This document shows, piece after piece, positions 1-7,866 of a stretch of DNA of 50,945 bases. Both the position numbers and the translations under genes were made by a program. Origin of the DNA: a virus; IMG/VR virus record IMGVR_UViG_3300009314_000016. One strand, 5' to 3'. The notes beneath the pieces are model-generated. The model was not told the DNA's origin, searched no databases, and was given only the letters and a program-made list of their open reading frames with translations. The stretch's first letter is position 1. Each line of letters opens with the position of its first letter.

Positions 1-119
1 CTTATTAGACCGGTTTACTAAAAAACTGCGAGATCGTGAAAACGGGTGCGAACCCAACGACATTTTTGTTATATATGAAATATATGATAGAACCTTTACA
101 TAAATGGTGTTATAAATAA
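1..119. repeat. Terminal direct repeat copy 1 (identical to 50827-50945); circular-assembly overlap or short terminal redundancy
   Basis: Bases 1-119 recur base-for-base as the last 119 bases of the window. Confidence 0.95.
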
Positions 120-1004
120 CCAACTTCCATCACTTAATTTTTTTATCATACGGTCATATGTGTAATATGTAGTTTCTTCACACACAATAAAACCCAATTG
201 ATCTCGAGTATATACTTTAAATGAATCCATCATAACAGATAAGTCTTTGTTATGTTTGTAAACTAGATATTTTCTCTCTTCTGGCGATTTTTCTGGCTCT
301 GTTTTTACATTTATGTAGATATCTATATTCTTTTTTACAATATTAAATATTTCTTTTTGTAATTCAAAACTAGTGATACCAGCACTGTTCAATTTATTCA
401 ATATAGTTTTGAACAGGTTGTAGGTGTACACTTTAGTTTTTAACTCATTAACTATAGTAGAACTGCTTTTCGCGTAGAATTTACTAATCTGTCCATAATC
501 TTTTATGACAGCAGTAATGAATAAATTAGATATTTTAATATCTTCCTCTGTTAATAGTTCTGGATTCATACTACATAATCTATCAATATTAGAAACCTTT
601 GTATACAAATATTTTTCACCCTGCAGTATAATACTATACCATCCGTTCAAATGTGATTTATTTTCTTTAACAGTTTCTAAACGTACTAACATTCCTGGTT
701 TTAACTCGCCCGGCTCTTTAACTACTATATATTTTCTAATATAATCCTCAGAATCTTCTTCCGGTAAATCTTCTTCCGGTAAATCTTCTTCCGGTAAATC
801 TTCTTCCGGTAAATCTTCTTCCGGAAGAAATAAACTACCGTGAATTACTGGAAATTCAAAAGTAAATCCGTCTTTCATTCTTAAACTAGCTACTGATCTA
901 TTTTCCGATAATATAACCTTTTCTACATCATCTAACCTATACTTTGTAGGTTTCTTTTTACGTTCCAGCAAAAGAAACGCGGCTAACCTTTCCATATTAG
1001 TCAT
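96..1004 (-). CDS. Hypothetical protein with five tandem LPEED repeats
   Basis: Track ORF 96-1076. Start moved to ATG 1002-1004, 6 nt downstream of GGAGG (complement of 1011-1015). TAA stop. Confidence 0.8.
   Translation of the reverse strand: MTNMERLAAFLLLERKKKPTKYRLDDVEKVILSENRSVASLRMKDGFTFEFPVIHGSLFLPEEDLPEEDLPEEDLPEEDLPEEDSEDYIRKYIVVKEPGELKPGMLVRLETVKENKSHLNGWYSIILQGEKYLYTKVSNIDRLCSMNPELLTEEDIKISNLFITAVIKDYGQISKFYAKSSSTIVNELKTKVYTYNLFKTILNKLNSAGITSFELQKEIFNIVKKNIDIYINVKTEPEKSPEERKYLVYKHNKDLSVMMDSFKVYTRDQLGFIVCEETTYYTYDRMIKKLSDGSWLFITPFM
753..827. repeat. 15-bp tandem repeat x5 (atcttcttccggtaa) encoding (LPEED)5
   Basis: Five consecutive 15-bp units read directly; the last unit is slightly diverged. 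Confidence 0.95.
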
Positions 1005-1116
1005 TGTTACCCTCCTCTGATTTTTCATCCTTGCAGCTACAGTCAGAACACATACCCTCGTAGTATATAAACTCACTGTTAGGTATTATCTTTTTACATT
1101 TCTTACATAAACGCAT
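997..1116 (-). CDS. 39-aa zinc-ribbon-like microprotein (MRLCKKCKK...CSDCSC...)
   Basis: Hand translation. GGAG upstream of the ATG, two CxxC pairs, and the stop overlaps the next gene's start. Below the track's size cutoff. Confidence 0.6.
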   Translation of the reverse strand: MRLCKKCKKIIPNSEFIYYEGMCSDCSCKDEKSEEGNND

Positions 1117-1135
1117 AGTTTAACTCCTTCTGTAT

Positions 1136-1411
1136 TTAAGTTTCGTCTTTTATTAGTTCTCCAGATCGTATTTTATATTCTATTATTTTATTTATATATG
1201 CCGTAACATAAGCTAATGCAAACATAGCTAAAGTTATGTTTAACCAGGGTATACATAAAAATACAGTCATTATACTTCTTCTTAATTTTTTTCTTTCTGT
1301 GATAGGATTAGCTTTTTTCAGGTTTCTGTTACCGTACTCCTCCTCTAAATATTCTGTTATTCTTCGAGTACAGATACCTGTAATTATTATATGAACTATA
1401 AACGTTAGCAT
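1136..1411 (-). CDS. Small membrane protein (two hydrophobic helices)
   Basis: Track ORF, GGAG before the ATG, hydrophobic segments LTFIVHIIITGIC and IMTVFLCIPWLNITLAMFALAYVTAYI. Confidence 0.7.
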   Translation of the reverse strand: MLTFIVHIIITGICTRRITEYLEEEYGNRNLKKANPITERKKLRRSIMTVFLCIPWLNITLAMFALAYVTAYINKIIEYKIRSGELIKDET

Positions 1412-1425
1412 AAGTTATATTCTCC

Positions 1426-2166
1426 TTACAAGTAATTTTTTAGATTTTCTATAGTTTCTGATACCTGTGAATCAGACAAACCGTAAACATTAACTAGCTC
1501 ACTCATTATCCGGTCTGTCAATTCTCTTAGATCTACTTTTACTTCAGATCTATATATCACTTTTTCCTCTGCCTTTTCACCTCTAAGAATTCGTATCACC
1601 TGGTCAGGTTTTTCTACTATACTTTTTATAGTGTAAAGCTTATTATCATCACTTTCTAGTTCATCAGCTTGAAAAGTATGGTCTGTAGCTGGTGGGCATA
1701 AATATGAAGTTTTTACTTTACCGTAAACATTTACGCCTTCGAAACACTGTTTAATATAGTACCCATGATCGTCTCCTTCAAGTTCTTTTCTTTGTATGAC
1801 TTTAACTATTTGACCTATCTCTACATAGACCTTTTCGTTTTTCTTGAATGAAAGTACATTACCTATCCTTGCCATATTCTTTTTAACCTCCTGTTTTTCT
1901 TTTAAGTTAGTTATAAATTCTGTAACCGCGTAAGCTCCTGTAATAGATCTGACTATCTTTAGATCAGACCTATCATATGTATTATTCCTGTCTAATACCT
2001 TAGATTTTATCTGGTAACCTGTTTTAGGGTTTTTGTCTAAATCAGCTATGATAGCGTAAATCTGCTTACCACAGTCACCTCTTAATTTTATGTAGTAGCC
2101 TTCTCGGCTGCTCTTTTTATATTTACCCTGTATCTCCACTATTTCGCCCTGATAAGGTGTTGTCAT
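1426..2166 (-). CDS. Hypothetical protein with an internal duplication of a GYYIK-containing module
   Basis: Track ORF, AGGAGG before the ATG. Both halves contain ...G.IV.(I/V)...GYYIK... Confidence 0.75.
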   Translation of the reverse strand: MTTPYQGEIVEIQGKYKKSSREGYYIKLRGDCGKQIYAIIADLDKNPKTGYQIKSKVLDRNNTYDRSDLKIVRSITGAYAVTEFITNLKEKQEVKKNMARIGNVLSFKKNEKVYVEIGQIVKVIQRKELEGDDHGYYIKQCFEGVNVYGKVKTSYLCPPATDHTFQADELESDDNKLYTIKSIVEKPDQVIRILRGEKAEEKVIYRSEVKVDLRELTDRIMSELVNVYGLSDSQVSETIENLKNYL

Positions 2167-2175
2167 GATATCCTC

Positions 2176-2766
2176 CTATAAATCCAAAGTTTCCTGAAAT
2201 GTGACATCTTCAGCATCTTCTACCCCGAGTTTACCGCCTTTAATAAAATACTGGTGGATCAGAGTGTTTATGCTTCTAGCACCTACAGTATTATTGTCAT
2301 AGTTTTTAGTTATAAAATCTTTTACCGTTTCTATAACTTCAGTTTTGTTTACTTTACTGAATATTTTTAAGTAATCATTTAGTAAACTGCTATTATCTAA
2401 AATCTCACATAGATCTTTAAGCGATAGTTTTTCTGTATTGTAAATAAGACCTACTCGGCCTAAAAACTCAGTTTTAACTCCAAATTTTCTTAATTTATCT
2501 AAATTTATGTGCGGATCATTATTAAAAGCCCCTGCGAAAATAAACAGTGTTTTACTTATATCTATATCATTGTATTTACCGTAGTCTCCGAAAACCTGCG
2601 TGGTAGGTGCCTCTAAGAGTTTCAAAAACTCATTTTGCACTCCTGTGGTTACCTCATTAGCTAACTCCCCGTTGTTACCCGATATATAAAGTTTATCCCA
2701 TTCATCTACGAATATGATCAGCGGCAATCCTGTATACTTTCCAGCTGAAGCTAAAACTTTACTCAA
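2176..2766 (-). CDS. ClpX/HslU-like AAA+ ATPase, downstream part (Walker B onward) of a frameshifted gene
   Basis: IIFVDEWDKL Walker B, LLKLLE, IFAGAF, EFLGRV motifs. The open frame extends upstream to 2861 without a start. Confidence 0.75.
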   Translation of the reverse strand: MSKVLASAGKYTGLPLIIFVDEWDKLYISGNNGELANEVTTGVQNEFLKLLEAPTTQVFGDYGKYNDIDISKTLFIFAGAFNNDPHINLDKLRKFGVKTEFLGRVGLIYNTEKLSLKDLCEILDNSSLLNDYLKIFSKVNKTEVIETVKDFITKNYDNNTVGARSINTLIHQYFIKGGKLGVEDAEDVTFQETLDL

Positions 2767-2852
2767 ACTATTACCGGAAGTACCTTCCTTGGTTATTTGT
2801 GCTGCATTTATTTCTATATAAGGTAGTTTTTTAGCTGCACAACATTCTTTAG

Positions 2853-2990
2853 TTATATATATGTTTTACCTGACCCAGATGGTCCTGCTAGTACGAAATG
2901 AGGTCTTACCGCACCCTTACCAGCTTTAAAAATATCTAAAACCCTGTTTAATTCCTCTGTTAATTTTTCCTGCCCTATCACTGTTTTCAT
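2853..2990 (-). CDS. ClpX-like AAA+ ATPase, N-terminal Walker A fragment (45 aa)
   Basis: GGAG + ATG at 2990. Hand translation MKTVIGQEKL...FVLAGPSGSGKTYI* stops right after the P-loop. Confidence 0.7.
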   Translation of the reverse strand: MKTVIGQEKLTEELNRVLDIFKAGKGAVRPHFVLAGPSGSGKTYI

Positions 2991-3020
2991 AAATTTTCTC
3001 CTTCAAAATTATTTTATAGT

Positions 3021-3425
3021 TTATTTAATCATATTCCTAATGTTTTCTTTTATGTCTTTAGCGCCTTCATCGTAAGCATTCAGTAGTATCTCAACTACAT
3101 TTTTACCATTTAAAATCCTGTTTATAGCATGGTCTGAAAAATGTTTAGATAACTTTTTTCTTAGTTCCAGTAAGTTTATCACAGTAATTAAATTAGTATC
3201 TATCTCCCGCCAATGTTCCACATTACCAATCACCTGTATAGTAAGTTCTACCTCAGAGCCTGTAGAGTAGAACTCCCGGAATCCGTTACAATCACTGCTA
3301 GGAACATCACCTAGATTTTCGTCCTCAGAAAATCCTTTTACGATAGTAATTTCAGTTGATTCTTTCTCTAAAAGATTATACAAAGAACCTGAAATTTTAA
3401 CTAAACTTTCCTGTTTCTCGTTCAT
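3021..3425 (-). CDS. Hypothetical protein
   Basis: Track ORF, GGAGG before the ATG, ATGA overlap with the upstream ORF. Confidence 0.7.
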   Translation of the reverse strand: MNEKQESLVKISGSLYNLLEKESTEITIVKGFSEDENLGDVPSSDCNGFREFYSTGSEVELTIQVIGNVEHWREIDTNLITVINLLELRKKLSKHFSDHAINRILNGKNVVEILLNAYDEGAKDIKENIRNMIK

Positions 3426-3619
3426 TTCTTACCTCCTTCGTCTGACACACAAATATCTATTTCTTTTAGTGACTTGTCTATATACTCTAGTTTTTTAGTC
3501 ACTTCTGTTTTCCACTTAATTATACGTCTCTTTCTCAGTTCAAAAGATTTTCGTACTGCCGGAATATATTTTCTTAATTCCGGCCTAATAAAATGGCGTA
3601 TAGTTACTTTACCTAACAA
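3422..3619 (-). CDS. Hypothetical basic protein; possibly the 3' part of a gene interrupted by in-frame stops
   Basis: Track ORF starts at TTG with no good SD. It shares a frame with upstream mini-ORFs at 3781 and 3718. Confidence 0.45.
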   Translation of the reverse strand: MLGKVTIRHFIRPELRKYIPAVRKSFELRKRRIIKWKTEVTKKLEYIDKSLKEIDICVSDEGGKK

Positions 3620-3790
3620 TTTGTAATTAGTTAGTTTTTCCTGCTACTCTTCTATCAGATCACCCTCTTCTTTTATCTGTTCAGCTAATTCGTATTCCTC
3701 GCACAAACAATGATCCATTATTAAATCTTATAGATCATCTAAAGCCTCGCTTAGCATAATTTTAAATTCTTTTTCGTTCATAAAAACCTC

Positions 3791-4003
3791 CTAACCCTGA
3801 TAAGGTTTTATACTCACTTTATCCTGATTATCATTATTACCTACATTATTCAAAAGTCCTCTTTCAGGTCCTATATTTACAAAAGAAAATCCGTTAAGTT
3901 TACCTTTTATATAATATCCGTGTGTGTAAGTATCACCAGCCCATTTTACTGATATTTTAGTACCTACTTCTAGATTATTAGCTTCATTTTGTGTTAAATA
4001 CAT
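3791..4003 (-). CDS. Hypothetical protein with a GYYIK module (paralog of the repeats in 1426-2166)
   Basis: Track ORF, GGAGG before the ATG, motif THGYYIKGK. Confidence 0.7.
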   Translation of the reverse strand: MYLTQNEANNLEVGTKISVKWAGDTYTHGYYIKGKLNGFSFVNIGPERGLLNNVGNNDNQDKVSIKPYQG

Positions 4004-4014
4004 CTTAAAACCTC

Positions 4015-4272
4015 CTAGTTAAATTCTTCTAGACTATTTATTTCTACGTAGCCTTTCCTACGTAGTTTACTTTTATCTTCCTCTAAAAGTATATCTCCAG
4101 TTATGTCTTTACCTAACTCTAATATCTGTACTTTACCGCAAACAGTACATTTTTTAATCTTATATAGATGCAGGTATTTCATAGACTTAGATATTTCATT
4201 TTCTTTTACTATAAAAACCCTCATATCTTTGAAACTATGATCACAGAAAACTTTTTTCATAAAATTAATCAT
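4015..4272 (-). CDS. Hypothetical Cys/His-containing protein
   Basis: Track ORF, GGAGG before the ATG, C..H...CxxC pattern. Confidence 0.7.
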   Translation of the reverse strand: MINFMKKVFCDHSFKDMRVFIVKENEISKSMKYLHLYKIKKCTVCGKVQILELGKDITGDILLEEDKSKLRRKGYVEINSLEEFN

Positions 4273-5005
4273 AGAATTCCTCCGTAGGTCTGTAGTATAC
4301 CATTACACCGTTTTTTACATAGATTTTACTATTCACAGGTATTAATTCTTCTTTGATAGTTAATTCCGCTGATCCTTCATTACTCACTCCGTGTAAATTT
4401 AAAAGTCTTTGAGCTTGAAAAAGCTTATCTTTTTCGTAAGTAATTATATGCATATCATCGACTATCGTCAAATAAGCGTCCTCTAAAGTTAACTCCTCAC
4501 CTAAACCCTCTAAGATAGTCGTTTTATCAAACATAATACTGTTAGCTATATTTTCAGCGTATGAGGTATACTGTTTCTTACTAGATTCTACGCTAAACTC
4601 ACTGTATGTAAATTTATTTCTTTTTAATCTTTTTTCTAAAACCTTATCGTTAGTTTTTAAAAGAACTATTTTTATATCGTAAAATTCTCTAAGACAGTTC
4701 AACTGTTCGGCTAACAGATCGAAATGTATTTTAAAATCATAATTTTTATAACCTAAATCACAGTAAACTTTTTCTGACACAAAACTTCTATCTAATATAA
4801 ACTGTGAATTTAAGCTTCTATTAACGTTTATTAAATGTAACCATGAAGTGTGATAAAAAAATACATCTGTATCATTACTGTCTTTAGGTAATCCATTCAA
4901 TCTTAAAAGTGTGCTATGGGGGACATATTCCCTTAAATAGTTAGTTAATATAGATTTACCTGACCCCTGCGGACCTTCTACAATTATTAATTTAGGTTTA
5001 GCCAT
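4265..5005 (-). CDS. P-loop (deoxy)nucleotide/nucleoside kinase-like protein
   Basis: N-terminal LIIVEGPQGSGKS P-loop as in thymidylate/dNMP kinases. GGAGG before the ATG. Confidence 0.6.
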   Translation of the reverse strand: MAKPKLIIVEGPQGSGKSILTNYLREYVPHSTLLRLNGLPKDSNDTDVFFYHTSWLHLINVNRSLNSQFILDRSFVSEKVYCDLGYKNYDFKIHFDLLAEQLNCLREFYDIKIVLLKTNDKVLEKRLKRNKFTYSEFSVESSKKQYTSYAENIANSIMFDKTTILEGLGEELTLEDAYLTIVDDMHIITYEKDKLFQAQRLLNLHGVSNEGSAELTIKEELIPVNSKIYVKNGVMVYYRPTEEFYD

Positions 5006-5195
5006 CTGCTTCCTCCAATTTTCTGTATTTAAATTCTCTGTAAATTACGCTGCTCTCTGTGATAGCTCTAAATCCAGTAACCTTTGTAGTATATTTAACA
5101 GATAAAATATCTTTAAAAACTCGTACAAGTATGTTAGTACCTGTTATTTTGTAAACTTTATTTTCCGGTAATTTTTTATAATCTTTTAATAACAT
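4998..5195 (-). CDS. Hypothetical protein
   Basis: Track ORF 4998-5219. Start moved to ATG 5193-5195, preceded by AGGAGG. Confidence 0.65.
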   Translation of the reverse strand: MLLKDYKKLPENKVYKITGTNILVRVFKDILSVKYTTKVTGFRAITESSVIYREFKYRKLEEADG

Positions 5196-5203
5196 ATGTC
5201 CTC

Positions 5204-5329
5204 CTATTTTATATCGCAAGTAGCTAGCCCTTGCGATTCACAGCATTTGCAGCATATGTTTTTACAGAAATGTTCTTCTTCATGTAAAACTATATCTGCA
5301 CTACAGTTTTGGCAATTAAATTCTCTCAT
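5204..5329 (-). CDS. 41-aa Cys-rich microprotein (CxxC...CxxxCCxCC)
   Basis: Hand translation MREFNCQNCSADIVLHEEEHFCKNICCKCCESQGLATCDIK. AAGGAG before the ATG. First gene after the 5363-5439 promoter. Confidence 0.6.
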   Translation of the reverse strand: MREFNCQNCSADIVLHEEEHFCKNICCKCCESQGLATCDIK

Positions 5330-5362
5330 TTAAATCAGCTCCTTAATCTTTATTACTCCCAG

Positions 5363-5439
5363 AGTATACCATAAAAGATAGTTTATGTCTACACTTTTTT
5401 TAACTTTTTTTAACTTTTTTTAACTTTTTTAACTTTTTA
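5363..5439 (-). promoter_or_regulatory. Leftward sigma70-type promoter with phased A-tract upstream element
   Basis: Minus strand: (AAAAAAAGTT)n, GTG, TAGACA (5386-5391), 17 nt, TGgTATACT (-10 at 5363-5368). Confidence 0.65.
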
Positions 5440-5453
5440 TTTATTTATAAAAT

Positions 5454-5478
5454 AAAAGCCTGATTATATCAGGCTTTT
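5454..5478 (-). terminator. Rho-independent terminator after the primase-helicase gene
   Basis: aaaagcctga-ttatat-tcaggctttt hairpin followed by a U-rich tail on the minus strand. Confidence 0.7.
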
Positions 5479-7859
5479 ATCGTTACCAATCTCGGTCTTT
5501 CTCCGTTATCTTTTTGAACTCTTTTCTCTTTTAAATTATCTCGACCTAGCAGATATTTTATAAATGTACGCTGCTTTACAGCAGAATATTCTTCATTGTT
5601 ACACCACTGTTTATATGCTACGAATAAGCTGGTTTTAGGTACTCCACCTTCTTTTTTAGTACCTTCTTGAATAAACCTTAATCCCTCAAATCCCAACCAT
5701 TCGTAAACATTAGAATTGAATTCCTGAACTTTAGTTATATTATCTTTATAATTAGATAAGTAATAATTACTTAGATCACAAAAATTAAGTTTTATTAACT
5801 CCATCAAACCTTGCAGCATAAACCCTACCAAACTATCCGTATCATCTGAAAACATCTGTTCATAATCATGTGATGGTAGGTCAGGTCGTGCTATCTCCTC
5901 GCTTAAAGGGAAAACCGCCAGCCTTCTAGTTACCCCACCGTCGGCAGATATTTTTGGTATGTCGTTAGACATAGCTACATGTTTCGCTAAAGGTATTTCA
6001 TATCTGTGATTTTCGAATTTAGCTTCTACCTTCCAACGTTCCCTAGATATAACCGACTTGAACGCCTCTGAGTTAATCCTGTCATCTAACTCAGTAGTTA
6101 TATTTAACAGTGCTTTAGACAGACTACCTCCGCCAAACTTATCATCTAGAGATGATAAAGGAAACGCCGTTATCATAGAATTAGATCCTATGTCAAATAT
6201 GTTACTGAGGCTTTTAGCTAAAGTAGATTTTCCCATACTACCTTTATATGAATACAAACATAGCATAATGGATGGACTGTAAGACGGTACTAAAAGATTA
6301 CCGAAAAATATTTTTATGAATCTTAATGCGTCCTCGTCAAATTTAGTCTTAAACCAATCTAATATGATCGAATCCTCTTTTATCTTCATGATTTCAGGCC
6401 GGAAATTAGTCTGTAAACTGTATAAAGCCTTGTCATGAGAGTCAAAATCTTTAGTGAATGTAAAACTAGCATCTTTATTTATGTACATAGTACCATTTTT
6501 AAATACTATCGGTATCTTACTATGATAAGTTCTGTCTCTTATAATATCATAAGATAAATAATTATCGTAAGCGGAGTCATTCGCAAATATTCTTGAATAT
6601 ATATCAAAAGTATCTCTGAGTGTTTTAAAGTCCTCAGGTTTCAAAACCTTAGCCAATTTGTTTTTATAATAAGCACCTAATGTGAGGTTGAATACTTCTG
6701 ATTCTAAATAAACATAACAGTTGAAATTTGTATCGTAATAATATATGGCTCCGTGAACTACTAAAACAAACTTGAAAAGAGCTGTCATATGATATAATAT
6801 AAAATCTTCTATCATATCCTGTTTAGTGTTCTTTTCTTTTGTGGGCTTAACTAAAGCACCTATTTTATTAAGTCGTTTCCGTGCATCTGAACCCAAAATA
6901 ATAGTATCATTTCTGTAAAGCTCTAACCATTTTTCAGGATATTTCGCCCACTGCTTATAATACCTATCATCATACTGACTTATGTTTTTTAAAAATTCCT
7001 CATTTTTTTCAAATAAAACCATAACAGGCATAATATTATGCCTGATATAGTCGTATGTACTAGATCTACTTATTTTATCCCAGTCCCTATTGGTAGATCC
7101 GCTTATAAAGTTTTCGTACTCTGTCCAGTCTCTTATAATTTTCTTAAAAGCACTATTATCGAAAACAAAGTCCTCTTTTATCTGTATTTTGTTATCTAAT
7201 TCTTTTATATCTTCCTCTTTATTGAATTTAAGGCAAAAATGATCTAGGTCTATATTTGACATGTATAAATCTGTACAATGCATTAAATCCACGCAATTGT
7301 AATCAGATTTTAAAGGTTTATAACCTATAGAGGGTGCCATAGCTATAAACCTATTACTTGAAAATATTTCTATTTCTATACCTGTTTCTATAAAAAGTTT
7401 TTTCTGCGGATACACATTATTAGATGTTAAAAAGATGTGATAACCACCAGAAACGGTTTGTTCTGATAAAGCTAATATTATATCTCTATCTATTTTTAAA
7501 GTATCTACTAAATAATCTACTACATCGTCAAAAACTTCTTTACCCTTAACCGGGTCTTTTTTACAATCTATATCGATAACTATAATTTTTTTATCCGTTA
7601 TCGATATTCCCGTACCTTTTTTTAATATAAAACCTACCAGCGGGTACGGCACAGTAGAAGGTTTTAAAATAGCTTTTTTGGCCATAACCCGGTTACACAC
7701 CATCGACGAAGGCTCTGTAAAATCTTTAGCTTCTTGGATAGGTATTTTCATTACCTTACCTTTTTTATCCTTTTTATTTATAGCAAATAAATAATCAAAT
7801 TTCAGCATTTTTTGTAACAATAAAAAATTAGTTAAGTCTATAGTAGTTATGCCCGCCAT
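5469..7859 (-). CDS. Bifunctional primase-polymerase (AEP) / SF3 D5-P4-like helicase
   Basis: VIDIDCKKD and SGGYHIF prim-pol motifs at the N-terminus. GSMGKSTLAKS Walker A in the C-terminal half. 796 aa. Confidence 0.85.
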   Translation of the reverse strand: MAGITTIDLTNFLLLQKMLKFDYLFAINKKDKKGKVMKIPIQEAKDFTEPSSMVCNRVMAKKAILKPSTVPYPLVGFILKKGTGISITDKKIIVIDIDCKKDPVKGKEVFDDVVDYLVDTLKIDRDIILALSEQTVSGGYHIFLTSNNVYPQKKLFIETGIEIEIFSSNRFIAMAPSIGYKPLKSDYNCVDLMHCTDLYMSNIDLDHFCLKFNKEEDIKELDNKIQIKEDFVFDNSAFKKIIRDWTEYENFISGSTNRDWDKISRSSTYDYIRHNIMPVMVLFEKNEEFLKNISQYDDRYYKQWAKYPEKWLELYRNDTIILGSDARKRLNKIGALVKPTKEKNTKQDMIEDFILYHMTALFKFVLVVHGAIYYYDTNFNCYVYLESEVFNLTLGAYYKNKLAKVLKPEDFKTLRDTFDIYSRIFANDSAYDNYLSYDIIRDRTYHSKIPIVFKNGTMYINKDASFTFTKDFDSHDKALYSLQTNFRPEIMKIKEDSIILDWFKTKFDEDALRFIKIFFGNLLVPSYSPSIMLCLYSYKGSMGKSTLAKSLSNIFDIGSNSMITAFPLSSLDDKFGGGSLSKALLNITTELDDRINSEAFKSVISRERWKVEAKFENHRYEIPLAKHVAMSNDIPKISADGGVTRRLAVFPLSEEIARPDLPSHDYEQMFSDDTDSLVGFMLQGLMELIKLNFCDLSNYYLSNYKDNITKVQEFNSNVYEWLGFEGLRFIQEGTKKEGGVPKTSLFVAYKQWCNNEEYSAVKQRTFIKYLLGRDNLKEKRVQKDNGERPRLVTIKA

Positions 7860-7866
7860 GTGTTTA

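Noticed and set aside
1-119. The 119-nt terminal repeat as a biologically meaningful DTR or att-like site
   Set aside because: The repeat boundary falls inside a coding sequence and has no special sequence features at its edges. An assembler overlap on a circular contig is the simpler explanation. Recorded as a low-interest finding instead.
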